Source: Candidatus Eiseniibacteriota bacterium (GTDB lineage Bacteria; Eisenbacteria; RBG-16-71-46; CAZAMP01). From it: 64,000 nucleotides of DNA. Of the stretch, positions 49,417 to 58,914 are shown piece after piece; position 1 is the first letter of the stretch, and each line of letters opens with the position of its first letter. Position numbers and translations under genes: made by a program. Where the stretch lies: positions 4,928,001 to 4,992,000 of the forward strand of contig OZ245046.1 in the NCBI GenBank assembly GCA_965224245.1, given 5' to 3'. Below the pieces are notes generated by a model. It saw only the letters and a program-made list of their open reading frames with translations, had not been told where the DNA came from and searched no databases.

Positions 49417-51378
49417 ATGACCCGGAACGTCCGCACCGCATGGCTGCTCGGTTCGTGCCTGGCGCTCCCGGCCGCCTCCGAGCCGGTCACGTGGATGGCG
49501 ACCGAGACGGTCGACACGGGGGTCGCCGAGCTCTCACACGTCGGCGCACGCGCTCTCGTCTACGTCGAGGATGCGTGGCTCGTGGCCTACGTCGCCTCGG
49601 GCGAGGTCGTCGTGCGAGAGCGGGACGACGTCGCCGGGTGGGGTGCGCCTCAGCCGATGACGTCCGGCGCGGGCGTGGTCAGCGCGCCCCAGCTCGCCTA
49701 CTCCGGTGGGATCGTCCACCTCGTCTGGGAGGACGACCGGAACGGCCACCCCGAGATTTACACCCGGCGCCACGACGGCATCGCGTGGACGGCCGAGGAC
49801 TGCCTCACCTGTGACGAGGTCCGGTCCGCCGCCGCCGCACTCGCGGGGCGGGATCGCCACGAGACCGGACCCAACGACGACGCATTCGTCGTGTGGGAAG
49901 AGGGCTCGATCGGAAGCACCGCGATTCGCGGGCGCCTGTTCACCGGCGGCGCCTGGCAGTCCGACGTGCCGATCTCGCTCAGCCCCGCGTCGGCCGGCGA
50001 GCCGGCGATCGCCCGGCGGCGGGGCTCGTTCGCGTTCACGTGGACGGACACGCGAAACGGCGAGCTCGACATCTATCATCGCCACGGGCGAACGAGCCTC
50101 TCCTCCGAGACCAACGTGACGGCGTTCATCACCGGCGACGCGATACGAAGCTCGATCCGGTGCGAGAGCGAGATGACCGACTACGAGGAGCCGTTCGACG
50201 TCATCACGTATCGCGGGCACATCGGGTCGTTTCCGATCCTGTCCGCGGTGGTCGTCGCCTACGACACCCTGTGGCCGATCGAAGGCATCGGCGGCGGCGC
50301 GGACGCCGTCGCCCAGACGTCCTCCTTCGCGAAGCCGACCGCCGACTTCTGCTCGTTCTGGGGCGGTATTCTGAGTCGCGGCGAGTGGCTGACGGCGACG
50401 AGCGCGGGTGCCGACGGCGCCCGGACCGCGAGCGTCCTCTGCTTCACGGAGCTGCCGGAGGGCGTCGTCGAGGCATCGGAGACGATGACGTCGACCGGGA
50501 TAGGCGCCCTGCATCTGGGCGCCTACGAGGGCAAGCCACAGGCGAAGCTGATGGCGCTGTGGGTCGAGGACGTCGGAGGCACGGCCACGCTGAAGGCGCG
50601 GCGCGGCTCCGAGATCGGCGGCAGCGCGTCCACCGTCGTCCAGACGTCTCCCTCCCTGCTGATCTCACCGGAGGGAACACTGGCGTCGTCGGCGGTCGTC
50701 GAGGACACGTACTCCGGTGAGACGGTGAGCTGCGAGGCGTGCCTGTATTTCGAGAGCGTTGCGGTGTTCGATTCCGGCGAGACGGTCTACTGCGAGGATC
50801 CGCCGGGTCCGTTCACGTGGACCGTGCGCGGCGGCGGCTGCGATCCCTCGGGCCGCGCCACCATCTCGAGCACGCAGGACGATCTCGGCTTCCAGTGGAT
50901 CGGGGTCCGTTCACCCGACGTCGACGGAAACTGCCTGGTGGACCTGGGTGATCGCGCCTACGTGGAGGCGATGCAGGGCACGAGCGACTTCTGCGCCGAT
51001 CTCGACGGATCGGGTCTCGTGGACGCGACCGATCTGGCCATCGTCGACGGGACCCTGGGTGACGCGTGCGCGAGCGTCGGCGTGGAGAACACCGTGCCCG
51101 GGATCGTCCGCCCCCGACTGTCGCTCGCGCCGAACCCGGCTCGGTCCACGGCGATCATTCGTCTCACGGCGGGAGGACCGTCCTCGGCCACGATGACCGT
51201 TCTCGATGCGGCCGGCCGCCGTGTGCGGGAGCTCGCCGCGGACGTGAGCGAGGGGCAGGCGACCGTGCCATGGGACCTCACGGACGGACGAGGGGTCCGG
51301 GTCGGCGCCGGCACCTACTTCGTCGTCGCGCGAGTCGCGGACACGACGTCGCGGGCGCGGCTCATCGTGATCGATTGA
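49417..51378 (+). CDS. Secreted beta-propeller-like protein with dockerin-like Ca-binding pair and FlgD-like C-terminal domain
   Basis: VHLVWEDDRNGHPEIY and FTWTDTRNGELDIY repeats; DVDGNCLVDLGD and DLDGSGLVDATD; PNP...DAAGRRVR...WDLTDGRG...GTYFV; GGGAGG RBS. Confidence 0.75.
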   Translation: MTRNVRTAWLLGSCLALPAASEPVTWMATETVDTGVAELSHVGARALVYVEDAWLVAYVASGEVVVRERDDVAGWGAPQPMTSGAGVVSAPQLAYSGGIVHLVWEDDRNGHPEIYTRRHDGIAWTAEDCLTCDEVRSAAAALAGRDRHETGPNDDAFVVWEEGSIGSTAIRGRLFTGGAWQSDVPISLSPASAGEPAIARRRGSFAFTWTDTRNGELDIYHRHGRTSLSSETNVTAFITGDAIRSSIRCESEMTDYEEPFDVITYRGHIGSFPILSAVVVAYDTLWPIEGIGGGADAVAQTSSFAKPTADFCSFWGGILSRGEWLTATSAGADGARTASVLCFTELPEGVVEASETMTSTGIGALHLGAYEGKPQAKLMALWVEDVGGTATLKARRGSEIGGSASTVVQTSPSLLISPEGTLASSAVVEDTYSGETVSCEACLYFESVAVFDSGETVYCEDPPGPFTWTVRGGGCDPSGRATISSTQDDLGFQWIGVRSPDVDGNCLVDLGDRAYVEAMQGTSDFCADLDGSGLVDATDLAIVDGTLGDACASVGVENTVPGIVRPRLSLAPNPARSTAIIRLTAGGPSSATMTVLDAAGRRVRELAADVSEGQATVPWDLTDGRGVRVGAGTYFVVARVADTTSRARLIVID

Positions 51379-51503
51379 ACGACGCCGCCGTCCACCGCGA
51401 CCGGTGACGTTCGGCGAGCGAACACGCGCAGAAGGCCGGAGATGACACGCCACGTCTCATCTCCTACACTCGACGCCGATCCGACGCCACCGACCCCATC
51501 CCC

Positions 51504-53300
51504 GTGGACGCGACCGCGTTGGCAGAGCCCTCGACATCGATCCGGTCCGAGCTGGACCGGGCGCTAGCGGACCTCCCGATCCTGGTCGTCGACCTTCAGA
51601 CGACGGGCGCGACCCCCGAGCGCGGCACCATTCTCGACGCCGCCTGGATCGTGACGAACGCCCGTGACCGGCCCGACGAGAGCCGCATCCGGCACACGCT
51701 CGTCGCCCAGCCCGACGGTGCGTCGATCCCGCGACCGATCGCACGCCTGACCGGTCTCACGGACTCCGATCTCACCGATGCCGTCTCGCCGGCCGATCTC
51801 TGGGCGGCCCTCACCGCGTGCATGCAGGCCGACGGTCGCGAGCGTCCGCTTCCCCTGGCGCACTGCGCGAGCTTCGAGGACCGCTTCCTCCGCGCCCTCC
51901 ACGTCTCGGCAGCGCCGGCGACTCCGTATCCGTTCGAGTTTCTGTGCACGCTGGAGATCGCGCGGCGGCTCTATCCGGATCTCCCGCGCCGAGGGCTTCG
52001 CGCGCTGTCGGGCTACTTCGGGCTCGTTCTGCCCGAGCTGAAGCGGGCCCGCGCACAGGTGCTCGCGACGATGCGCGTGTGGTCGTCACTCGTCGACCGA
52101 CTCGAGGGCGAGGGCGTTCACACGCTGGGCGATCTTCATCGTCTCGTGACGCGACCGTCGCCGAGGCGGGGCAAGACGTGGGCGGTGCCGCTCGTTCGAG
52201 ACCGACGGCTCTCGCTCCCCGACGCGCCAGGGGTGTACAGGCTCTTAGGACCCCGAGGCGAGGTGCTCTACGTCGGGAAGGCGCGCTCGCTCAGGACCCG
52301 CGTCAACAGCTACTACCGACGGCGCCGGATGGAGGAGAAGCTGCTGGAGCTGATCTCCCAGGTTCGCGAGGTCCGGGTGACCCGGACGAGATCCGCGCTG
52401 GAGGCGGCCATCGTCGAGGACGCCGAGATCAAGCACCTCGCGCCGCCGTACAACCGGGCGCTCCGGGATCGAGGGCGAAGCGTGTGGTACTTCACGTGCG
52501 ACCTGTCCGGCGCGGTTCCCGGCGAGGAGGCCCGCCCCGGCGTGCACCGCGTGGGGCCGTTCCCGTCCCGCGACGTTGTCGACGCCGTCGCGACCATCGG
52601 ACGTTGCCTCGATCGAGACGAGCCGCGCGTGCCCGACGTCGCGTCCGCCCGGACGGCGCTCGGCCTCTCCCGCGCGCGCGTGACACCCGAGACCCTCGTG
52701 GACGGGCTCGCCCGGTTCGCCGTCACCCACGCGCTCCGCCCGGGCGTGTCCGATCCTCGCCACCTCTTCCAGCTCGGGACGCGACTCTGGCGGGAGCGCC
52801 GGGACGCGGACGGCGAGGACGTCGCCGCCGACGTCACCGACGTCACCGACGCCACCGACGCCACGGAGACCGCTCGGTCGGATACCGCGGCCGATCCCCT
52901 CGACGCCGACGGCGTGGCCCGCCACCTCGAGTGGCTCGTGATCTCGTGCGCGCGCCTGCGCCGCCGTGCGAGAGTTCTCCGGCTCCTCGGTTCGTCGACG
53001 CTCCGCTGGACACGGGACCCGCACGCACGAGAGCTTCACGTTCGCGACGGACGGCTCGATGGCCTCGACGTCGGCGACCCGGCAGTCGCGGCTCGCGCAC
53101 GAGGTGGAGACGACCGCGCGGTGTCGAGCGATGGCACGGACGCCGCGTTCCTGATCCGCGACCGCGTCACGTACGATCGCCTTCGTGTCCTAATGACCGA
53201 GATCCGCCGTCTCGCCCGTGACCGGGACGTCACCCTCCGGATTCGAGGAGGCCCCGTCATGGGGTCGCGTGCGATCGCCCGCATGCTGGCCGACGCATGA
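51504..53300 (+). CDS. DEDD-like exonuclease domain fused to a GIY-YIG (UvrC/Cho-like) endonuclease
   Basis: VVDLQTTG...IARLTGLTD...AHCASFE...LCTLEIARRLYP; LPDAPGVY...LYVGKARSLRTRVNSY...E...IKHLAPPYN. Confidence 0.88.
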   Translation: MDATALAEPSTSIRSELDRALADLPILVVDLQTTGATPERGTILDAAWIVTNARDRPDESRIRHTLVAQPDGASIPRPIARLTGLTDSDLTDAVSPADLWAALTACMQADGRERPLPLAHCASFEDRFLRALHVSAAPATPYPFEFLCTLEIARRLYPDLPRRGLRALSGYFGLVLPELKRARAQVLATMRVWSSLVDRLEGEGVHTLGDLHRLVTRPSPRRGKTWAVPLVRDRRLSLPDAPGVYRLLGPRGEVLYVGKARSLRTRVNSYYRRRRMEEKLLELISQVREVRVTRTRSALEAAIVEDAEIKHLAPPYNRALRDRGRSVWYFTCDLSGAVPGEEARPGVHRVGPFPSRDVVDAVATIGRCLDRDEPRVPDVASARTALGLSRARVTPETLVDGLARFAVTHALRPGVSDPRHLFQLGTRLWRERRDADGEDVAADVTDVTDATDATETARSDTAADPLDADGVARHLEWLVISCARLRRRARVLRLLGSSTLRWTRDPHARELHVRDGRLDGLDVGDPAVAARARGGDDRAVSSDGTDAAFLIRDRVTYDRLRVLMTEIRRLARDRDVTLRIRGGPVMGSRAIARMLADA

Positions 53301-54355
53301 CGCTGCGGGTGCTCCTGCTCGCGGACACGCATCTGGGCTTCGATCACCCTCTGAAGCCCCGCGTGCGACGGCGCCACCGCGGACCCGACTTCGTCGCGAA
53401 CCTGGACCGGGCGCTGGCGCCGGCGCTGGAGGGTCGCGTGCACCTGGTGCTGCACGGCGGCGACGTCTTCCACACGCCACGGGTGCCGGCCTCGATCGTC
53501 ACCCATGCGATCGATCGCTTCCGGCGCGTGGCGGAGCGGGTTCCCGTGGTCGTGGTCGCCGGCAATCACGAGCGGTCGGTGATCCCGATGCGCCTGTGCT
53601 GGGGCGCCGACGGCCTCCACATCCTCGACGAGCCCTCGACGATCGTGCTGAACGCGGCCGGCCGGCGCGTCGCGATCTCGGGGTTTCCGTTCTCGCGAAC
53701 CGATCTCCGGCGGACGTTCTCCGATCTGGTCGATGCGACAGGATGGCGGACCGCCGGCGCCGACATCCGCCTGCTCCTGATGCATCACACCGTCGAGGGA
53801 GCGACGGTCGGTCCCGCGGACTACACGTTTCGCCGGGGCCGCGACGTCGTACCCGGGCGACGGTTGCCGGCGGGGTTCGACGCCATCCTGTCGGGGCACA
53901 TCCACCGGGCGCAGGTCCTCGAGCGCGGCCTCGACGGCCGGCCGTTCCCGTGCCCCGTGATCTACCCCGGATCCATCGAGCGCACCTCGTTCGCCGAGCG
54001 GGACGAGCCCAAGAGCACGACCCACCTGATCTGGTCCGATCGTGGCGACCTGACGATCGAGCGATGTCCTCTGCCCGCCCGGCCGATGACCACGATCCGG
54101 CTCGACGTGACCGGTCGCTCCGAGACCTGGATCGAGGCCGCGCTCCGCTCCGCGCTCGCGGAGCAGCCCGACGACGCGATCATTCGCCTCCAGATCGTCG
54201 GTGACCCGGGGCCCTCGATCGCGCCCCTCCGCGCCGCGGCGCTGCGCGGTGTGATCCGCCGGACGCAGACGCTCGAAACGTCGTGGCGATCCCCGGCGAT
54301 CGCGTCGTACTCTGCCCGCGACACATCCATGCCCTCCGCCGGGGACCGTTCATGA
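53297..54355 (+). CDS. SbcD/Mre11-like metallophosphoesterase (DNA repair nuclease)
   Basis: ADTHLG, GGDVFH, AGNHE, MHH, SGHIH, YPGSIERTSFAE; ATGA overlap with the upstream gene. Confidence 0.88.
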   Translation: MTLRVLLLADTHLGFDHPLKPRVRRRHRGPDFVANLDRALAPALEGRVHLVLHGGDVFHTPRVPASIVTHAIDRFRRVAERVPVVVVAGNHERSVIPMRLCWGADGLHILDEPSTIVLNAAGRRVAISGFPFSRTDLRRTFSDLVDATGWRTAGADIRLLLMHHTVEGATVGPADYTFRRGRDVVPGRRLPAGFDAILSGHIHRAQVLERGLDGRPFPCPVIYPGSIERTSFAERDEPKSTTHLIWSDRGDLTIERCPLPARPMTTIRLDVTGRSETWIEAALRSALAEQPDDAIIRLQIVGDPGPSIAPLRAAALRGVIRRTQTLETSWRSPAIASYSARDTSMPSAGDRS

Positions 54356-55113
54356 CGTCGAGACTCTCACACGCGCTGATCACGACCGCCGTCGGTCTGG
54401 TCATCGCGACCGCCGCCGACGCGCAGATCCTGAACACGCTCCGGGGCTGGTCCGACACCGAGCCGGGGTGGAGCGGCAAGCTGGGGGCGTCGTTCAGTGC
54501 CAGCGGCGGCAACACGGACGTCGTGTCCCTCGCGGCCTCGGCGCGGGCCCAGTGGCGCGGGGGCCGCCATCGGGTCCGGGGGCTGGTCGGCGGGTCGCGC
54601 ACCGAGTCCGATGGCCGGAAATCCTCCGAGTCGCTGGTCGGTCACGTCCGACACAACGTCGAGGTCGTGACCGGGATCTCGACTCTCGTGTTCGCGCAGG
54701 TCCAGGAGAACCCCTTTCAGCGCCTGAAGAGCCGCGTTCTCCTGGGGGCCGGCGGTCGTGTCGACGTCGCCCGCCGCGAGACGTGGGAGCTCTCGGTGGG
54801 GGTCGCCCACATGTTCGAGGCCGAGCGCCTCGACGGCGAGTCCGGCCGCCGCGAGGATCACCGCCTTTCCAGCTTCGCCTCGGCCGAGGGTGAGCTATCG
54901 GAAACCGTAACCATTGATGCGACAGCGTTTTACCAGCCGCTGTGGTCGGACTTCGCCGACAGCCGGCTGGTCGCGAGCGGATCGATCTCGGTCGCGCTGG
55001 TGGGGTCGCTGTCCCTCGACGTGGCGGGCGCCGTCCAGGTCGACACCCGTCCGCCGGACGGCGTCGGGCGGCGGGACTGGAGCCAGATCACGGGGCTCTC
55101 GGTGTCGTTCTGA
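54352..55113 (+). CDS. DUF481 outer-membrane beta-barrel protein
   Basis: Signal ADA/Q; WSGKLGASFSASGGNTD; terminal GLSVSF; ATGA overlap. Confidence 0.8.
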   Translation: MTSRLSHALITTAVGLVIATAADAQILNTLRGWSDTEPGWSGKLGASFSASGGNTDVVSLAASARAQWRGGRHRVRGLVGGSRTESDGRKSSESLVGHVRHNVEVVTGISTLVFAQVQENPFQRLKSRVLLGAGGRVDVARRETWELSVGVAHMFEAERLDGESGRREDHRLSSFASAEGELSETVTIDATAFYQPLWSDFADSRLVASGSISVALVGSLSLDVAGAVQVDTRPPDGVGRRDWSQITGLSVSF

Positions 55114-55156
55114 GCCACCGCGGAGCCGGCGGCCGAGCGCCCAAAAGAAAGACCTA

Positions 55157-55185
55157 TTGACACCCTTCGGAGTTGCCGATAGCCT
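55157..55185 (+). promoter_or_regulatory. Sigma70 promoter of the RRM gene
   Basis: Perfect TTGACA-17 bp-TAGCCT; implies a leader of about 190 nt. Confidence 0.65.
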
Positions 55186-55384
55186 TTTCCGAGCGGCCCC
55201 TGGCGAGCCGTGAAGTTCAGGTAAGAACTGCTCGAGGATCCTAGACCCTTCCGCACGCCTTCCTAGCCTCACTCGTGCCCAGATCAGCCGTCTTCGTAAA
55301 GGGATTCGACCTCGGTCGTTTCCCGGGTTTTCTCAGAGAGCACGCCGGTTTTTCGAACGGTGTGCGGCAAAAGGATCCGTTTCA

Positions 55385-55654
55385 ATGACCAAGAAGATCT
55401 ATGTCGGCAACCTCCCGTTCAGCGCAGCCGAGAGCGACATTCGTGAGCTCTTCGAGGCCCACGGTGCCGTTCACTCGGTCGCCCTGATCGAGGACCGCGA
55501 CACGGGCCGCCCGCGCGGTTTCGGTTTCGTCGAGATGGATGACGACGGCGCGGCGGCCGCGATCGCGGCCCTCAACGGCACCGAGATGGGTGGCCGTACG
55601 CTCAACATCAACGAGGCTCGCCCCCGCGAGGACCGCTCGCGCAATCGCTGGTAA
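55385..55654 (+). CDS. RRM (RNP-1) RNA-binding protein
   Basis: KIYVGNL (RNP-2), RGFGFVEM (RNP-1), NEARPR. Confidence 0.96.
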   Translation: MTKKIYVGNLPFSAAESDIRELFEAHGAVHSVALIEDRDTGRPRGFGFVEMDDDGAAAAIAALNGTEMGGRTLNINEARPREDRSRNRW

Positions 55655-55666
55655 GCTGAACCGACT

Positions 55667-55705
55667 CGGCGCCGCTCGGGGTTTCCCGGGCGGCGCCGTT
55701 TTTTT
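55667..55705 (+). terminator. Rho-independent terminator
   Basis: CGGCGCCGCTCGGG-GTTT-CCCGGGCGGCGCCG followed by T7. Confidence 0.9.
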
Positions 55706-56155
55706 GTGCCCGCCCGATCACCTCCCGTCGCCCATAGCCGGCTATGGCCACGCGGCTCCCCAGCACATGGCCCTCCTCGTTCGCGACCCCCGGACCACGG
55801 GCGCGGACTTGACGTCAATTCAAATATGATATAACGTTCATCCATGATTGGCTCGATGGTTTGATCGTCCTTCGTGGGACGTTCGCCACGGATGGCGACC
55901 GCCCGCCGTCGCGCAGGATCCGCACACCCTGGCATTGCGGAGCGGCGCTGGATCCCGACGCGCCTCTGGGCACGGCGCGGAGGGAACATCGCCGGCTGCA
56001 CCGGTGACGGCGTCGTCGAGGGTGACCCGGGCGCGGGGTTGCTCACATTCGACGACGTCGTCGCCGGTGCTTTATGTGGGCCGGCACGAGTCCGTCGTCA
56101 GCTGCCGGTGGCCGGCGCGTCGGGGCCCGTCTCGGTCTCGAGTCGACCAGGAAGC

Positions 56156-57973
56156 TCACCCACCGACGACGGCGGGCTCCCGCGACTGCGGCGGAACGAG
56201 CGAATCCAGCTCGCGCCCGAGCGCGGCCAGGATCTCCATCGCGCGCTCGCGGCCGGGGATGATCCCGTGGGCGACGAGATCGCGGTAGTACTCGAGTCCC
56301 TCGCGGAGGTTGGCGCCGTACTCGAGCAGGTTGCGGATGGCGCCGCCCAGTCCGGCCTTGCGCCGATCGATCTCGGTGCGGAGGAAGTCGAGGTACAGCG
56401 AGAACTCCCGTACGAACATGTGCGGTCGCATCTCGTTCGACATCACCGAGCCGCGCCCGTAGATGTGCCCGACCATCTCGTCGAGCGAGCACGTCCGGTG
56501 AAAGTTCACGATGTTCGGACCACAGCAGACCGCCGGCGTGACGACGTCGCTCTCGTCGGCGCCCGGGGCCACGCCCGCGAGGTCGTGGCAGATGCACGAC
56601 TTCGACAGCATCAGCTCCTCGGTCAGCGTGGGATCGGCCGACGCATCCACCTCGCTCTCCAGCTCCTTCAGCTTCCGGCGCTGATAGCCTCGCGAGGCGG
56701 TGCAGATCGGCGTCTCGGTGAACTCGGTGTTGAACTGCAGGAACCCCTTCGGGCAAGAGCTCCCGGGGGCGCCCCGCCGGATGCGTGCGCGACGGGCCTC
56801 CTCGCTCGCCGACGAGCGTAGGTTCCAGAAGGGAATCCCCAGCGGGGACGCGTCGCTGAGGAACACGTCGTCGTCGTCGGCCTCGCAGAGCTTCGCCACG
56901 TGCTCGTCGTCCACGTTCACGACGTCGGGAACGAGGAGAAACGGCGTGCCCCACCCGGTACCGTCCAGCCCGTAGTGGGTCATCATCAGCTGCTGCTCCT
57001 CGTGGGTGCCGATCCCCCCCTGCGCGGTCACGCGCTGCTCGGGCATCCCGGCCGACGGCCGACGTCCCGCCCGCCGGAGTGCCTCGACGTAGAGCTCGTA
57101 CAGCTGAATGGCCATCGTCTCACGCGTGCGCCGGAACTCGTCGAGAATGGGTCCCATCAGGTGACCCTGGGTAGCGAAGGCATGACCGCCGCAGTTCAGA
57201 CCCGACTCGATGCGAAACTCGGTGACCCACAGCCCCATCTTGGCCAGGAACCGCCCCTGGATCATCGCGGAGCGGAGATCGCTCACCTTGAGGATGATGT
57301 GCTTGGTCAGCTCGCCGCGCCCATCGGGGAAGAAGTCGTCGAACTTCGAGATGTACGAGTACAGCCGTCGGTTCATGCCCGCCGACAGGACGACCGAGCC
57401 GCGGATCCGGCTGCGCGCGAAGCCACGAAGCGCGGAGAGCGCGTCCGAGTTCTCCGGCGTTTGCGGGACGCCCTTCTTGACGGGGTCGCGATCGAGCTTC
57501 GTCATGATGTTGACGTCGATGCGTCCAGGCACGACCGCCGCGCGGAGCTCGCGCTCCAGTCGGGCGCGGGCATCGGGATCGCGCATGGACGTCATGCGTT
57601 CGTACATCCGCCGGAGCGGGGACTCGGGAAGCAGCTCGAAGTACCGGGTGATCTCGCTTCCCGGCTCGAAGCGCGCACGCTTCAGCCGTCGCACCTGCCT
57701 GGCCACGAGCCGATCGAGCAGGTCGAGATACGACGTGATGCGCCGGGCGCGGCTGTCGTGCTCGTCGGCGGCGATCTCCTCGTAATGATGTCCCGCCAGT
57801 CGACTGTGCAGCCGACGCATGCGCTCGATGAGCACGTCGTCGACCAGCGACACCACCGACGAGATCCCGAAGCGCGCCACCTTCAGTGGTGTGTCGATCG
57901 TGAACCCGGTTCCCATGACGGGAATGTGAAACGTGTGAACGGGGGGTCGATCGCGACCGGGACTGGTGGACAT
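56156..57973 (-). CDS. Conserved hypothetical protein, probable FMN TIM-barrel oxidoreductase (nitronate monooxygenase-like)
   Basis: HTFHIPVMG, IESGLNCGGHAF, TAQGGIGT, DGTGWGTPFL; C-terminal Cys cluster; GAGGT RBS. Confidence 0.7.
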   Translation of the reverse strand: MSTSPGRDRPPVHTFHIPVMGTGFTIDTPLKVARFGISSVVSLVDDVLIERMRRLHSRLAGHHYEEIAADEHDSRARRITSYLDLLDRLVARQVRRLKRARFEPGSEITRYFELLPESPLRRMYERMTSMRDPDARARLERELRAAVVPGRIDVNIMTKLDRDPVKKGVPQTPENSDALSALRGFARSRIRGSVVLSAGMNRRLYSYISKFDDFFPDGRGELTKHIILKVSDLRSAMIQGRFLAKMGLWVTEFRIESGLNCGGHAFATQGHLMGPILDEFRRTRETMAIQLYELYVEALRRAGRRPSAGMPEQRVTAQGGIGTHEEQQLMMTHYGLDGTGWGTPFLLVPDVVNVDDEHVAKLCEADDDDVFLSDASPLGIPFWNLRSSASEEARRARIRRGAPGSSCPKGFLQFNTEFTETPICTASRGYQRRKLKELESEVDASADPTLTEELMLSKSCICHDLAGVAPGADESDVVTPAVCCGPNIVNFHRTCSLDEMVGHIYGRGSVMSNEMRPHMFVREFSLYLDFLRTEIDRRKAGLGGAIRNLLEYGANLREGLEYYRDLVAHGIIPGRERAMEILAALGRELDSLVPPQSREPAVVGG

Positions 57974-58204
57974 GAGGGATCGACCTCTTCGTGTCGGGGG
58001 TCGGGGCGCCTTCGGACTCGAACGAGACCGATCGTGCCGGGTGAGAGTAACGCACCGCCGGACAATCGCGTAGGACTGCGTTGCCGGCGCCGCGGTCCGG
58101 CCCCGTGTCGCCACTCCCCCGGATGCCTCTCGATGTACCCGTTCGTACTTCAGCCAGCCGGCCGGAGGTCCCGGCAGCGGCGGTCTATGTCATAAGTCAT
58201 TCAA

Positions 58205-58217
58205 TATCAACAAGTTG
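58205..58217 (+). promoter_or_regulatory. IHF-consensus-like site in a divergent promoter region
   Basis: TATCAACAAGTTG matches WATCAANNNNTTR within an AT-rich patch. Confidence 0.35.
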
Positions 58218-58337
58218 AGCAACACGGCAGTCGGGCCGGGCGCGCGTGCTCCAGAATCGGCACGCCCGGCCCCACACCCGAAACCGGTTTCTGTGAAGCT
58301 CGATGCTGTAGTATGAGCGTCACGAAGGGGGACGAAC

Positions 58338-58838
58338 GTGCGAGCTGTCCGCCATGCCGAGACCAGACGCGACGCGAGCGTCCGCCCTCGCGTCCCGGGC
58401 TGGCTGAGCCTCGTGGCCGTCGTCGCCTGCGGGGCCGCGACCGGCTGCACGGCGGTGGGCTACGGGCTCGGGTCGGCCGCCGACGGACTGCGCTACGCGC
58501 CGGTCCCGATGGACACCCCCGTCGCAGACGACGAGAGCGTCAAAGTCGTCACGAGCGACGGGCGAACGTACGTCGGTTCCTACGACCCGATCCGCGACGG
58601 CGAGGGCCGCCCGGTCGCGCTCGTGTTCGAGCGCCGGGGTGAGGCGACCTCGCCCTGGACGTCCGCGTCGGTGCGGGACACGATCGACGTCGCCTCGATC
58701 GAGCGCCTCGAGACCCGGTCCTCGGACTCCCACGAGTGGCGGACGGTGGGTCTCGCGGTGGGTCTTGTCGTGGACGTCTCGACGTTCGTCGCCGTGATGA
58801 CCGTGGCGAGGTCACTCGACAACATGTTCTCGCGCTGA
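58338..58838 (+). CDS. Hypothetical lipoprotein/membrane protein
   Basis: ATGC lipobox-like; C-terminal hydrophobic helix. Confidence 0.55.
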   Translation: MRAVRHAETRRDASVRPRVPGWLSLVAVVACGAATGCTAVGYGLGSAADGLRYAPVPMDTPVADDESVKVVTSDGRTYVGSYDPIRDGEGRPVALVFERRGEATSPWTSASVRDTIDVASIERLETRSSDSHEWRTVGLAVGLVVDVSTFVAVMTVARSLDNMFSR

Positions 58839-58914
58839 CCCGGACGCGATCGCCCCTCGCCCCCGCGCGCCGCATCCAGGGCGCCGCATCCCACCAGGCG
58901 CCGATCCGGCCCGA

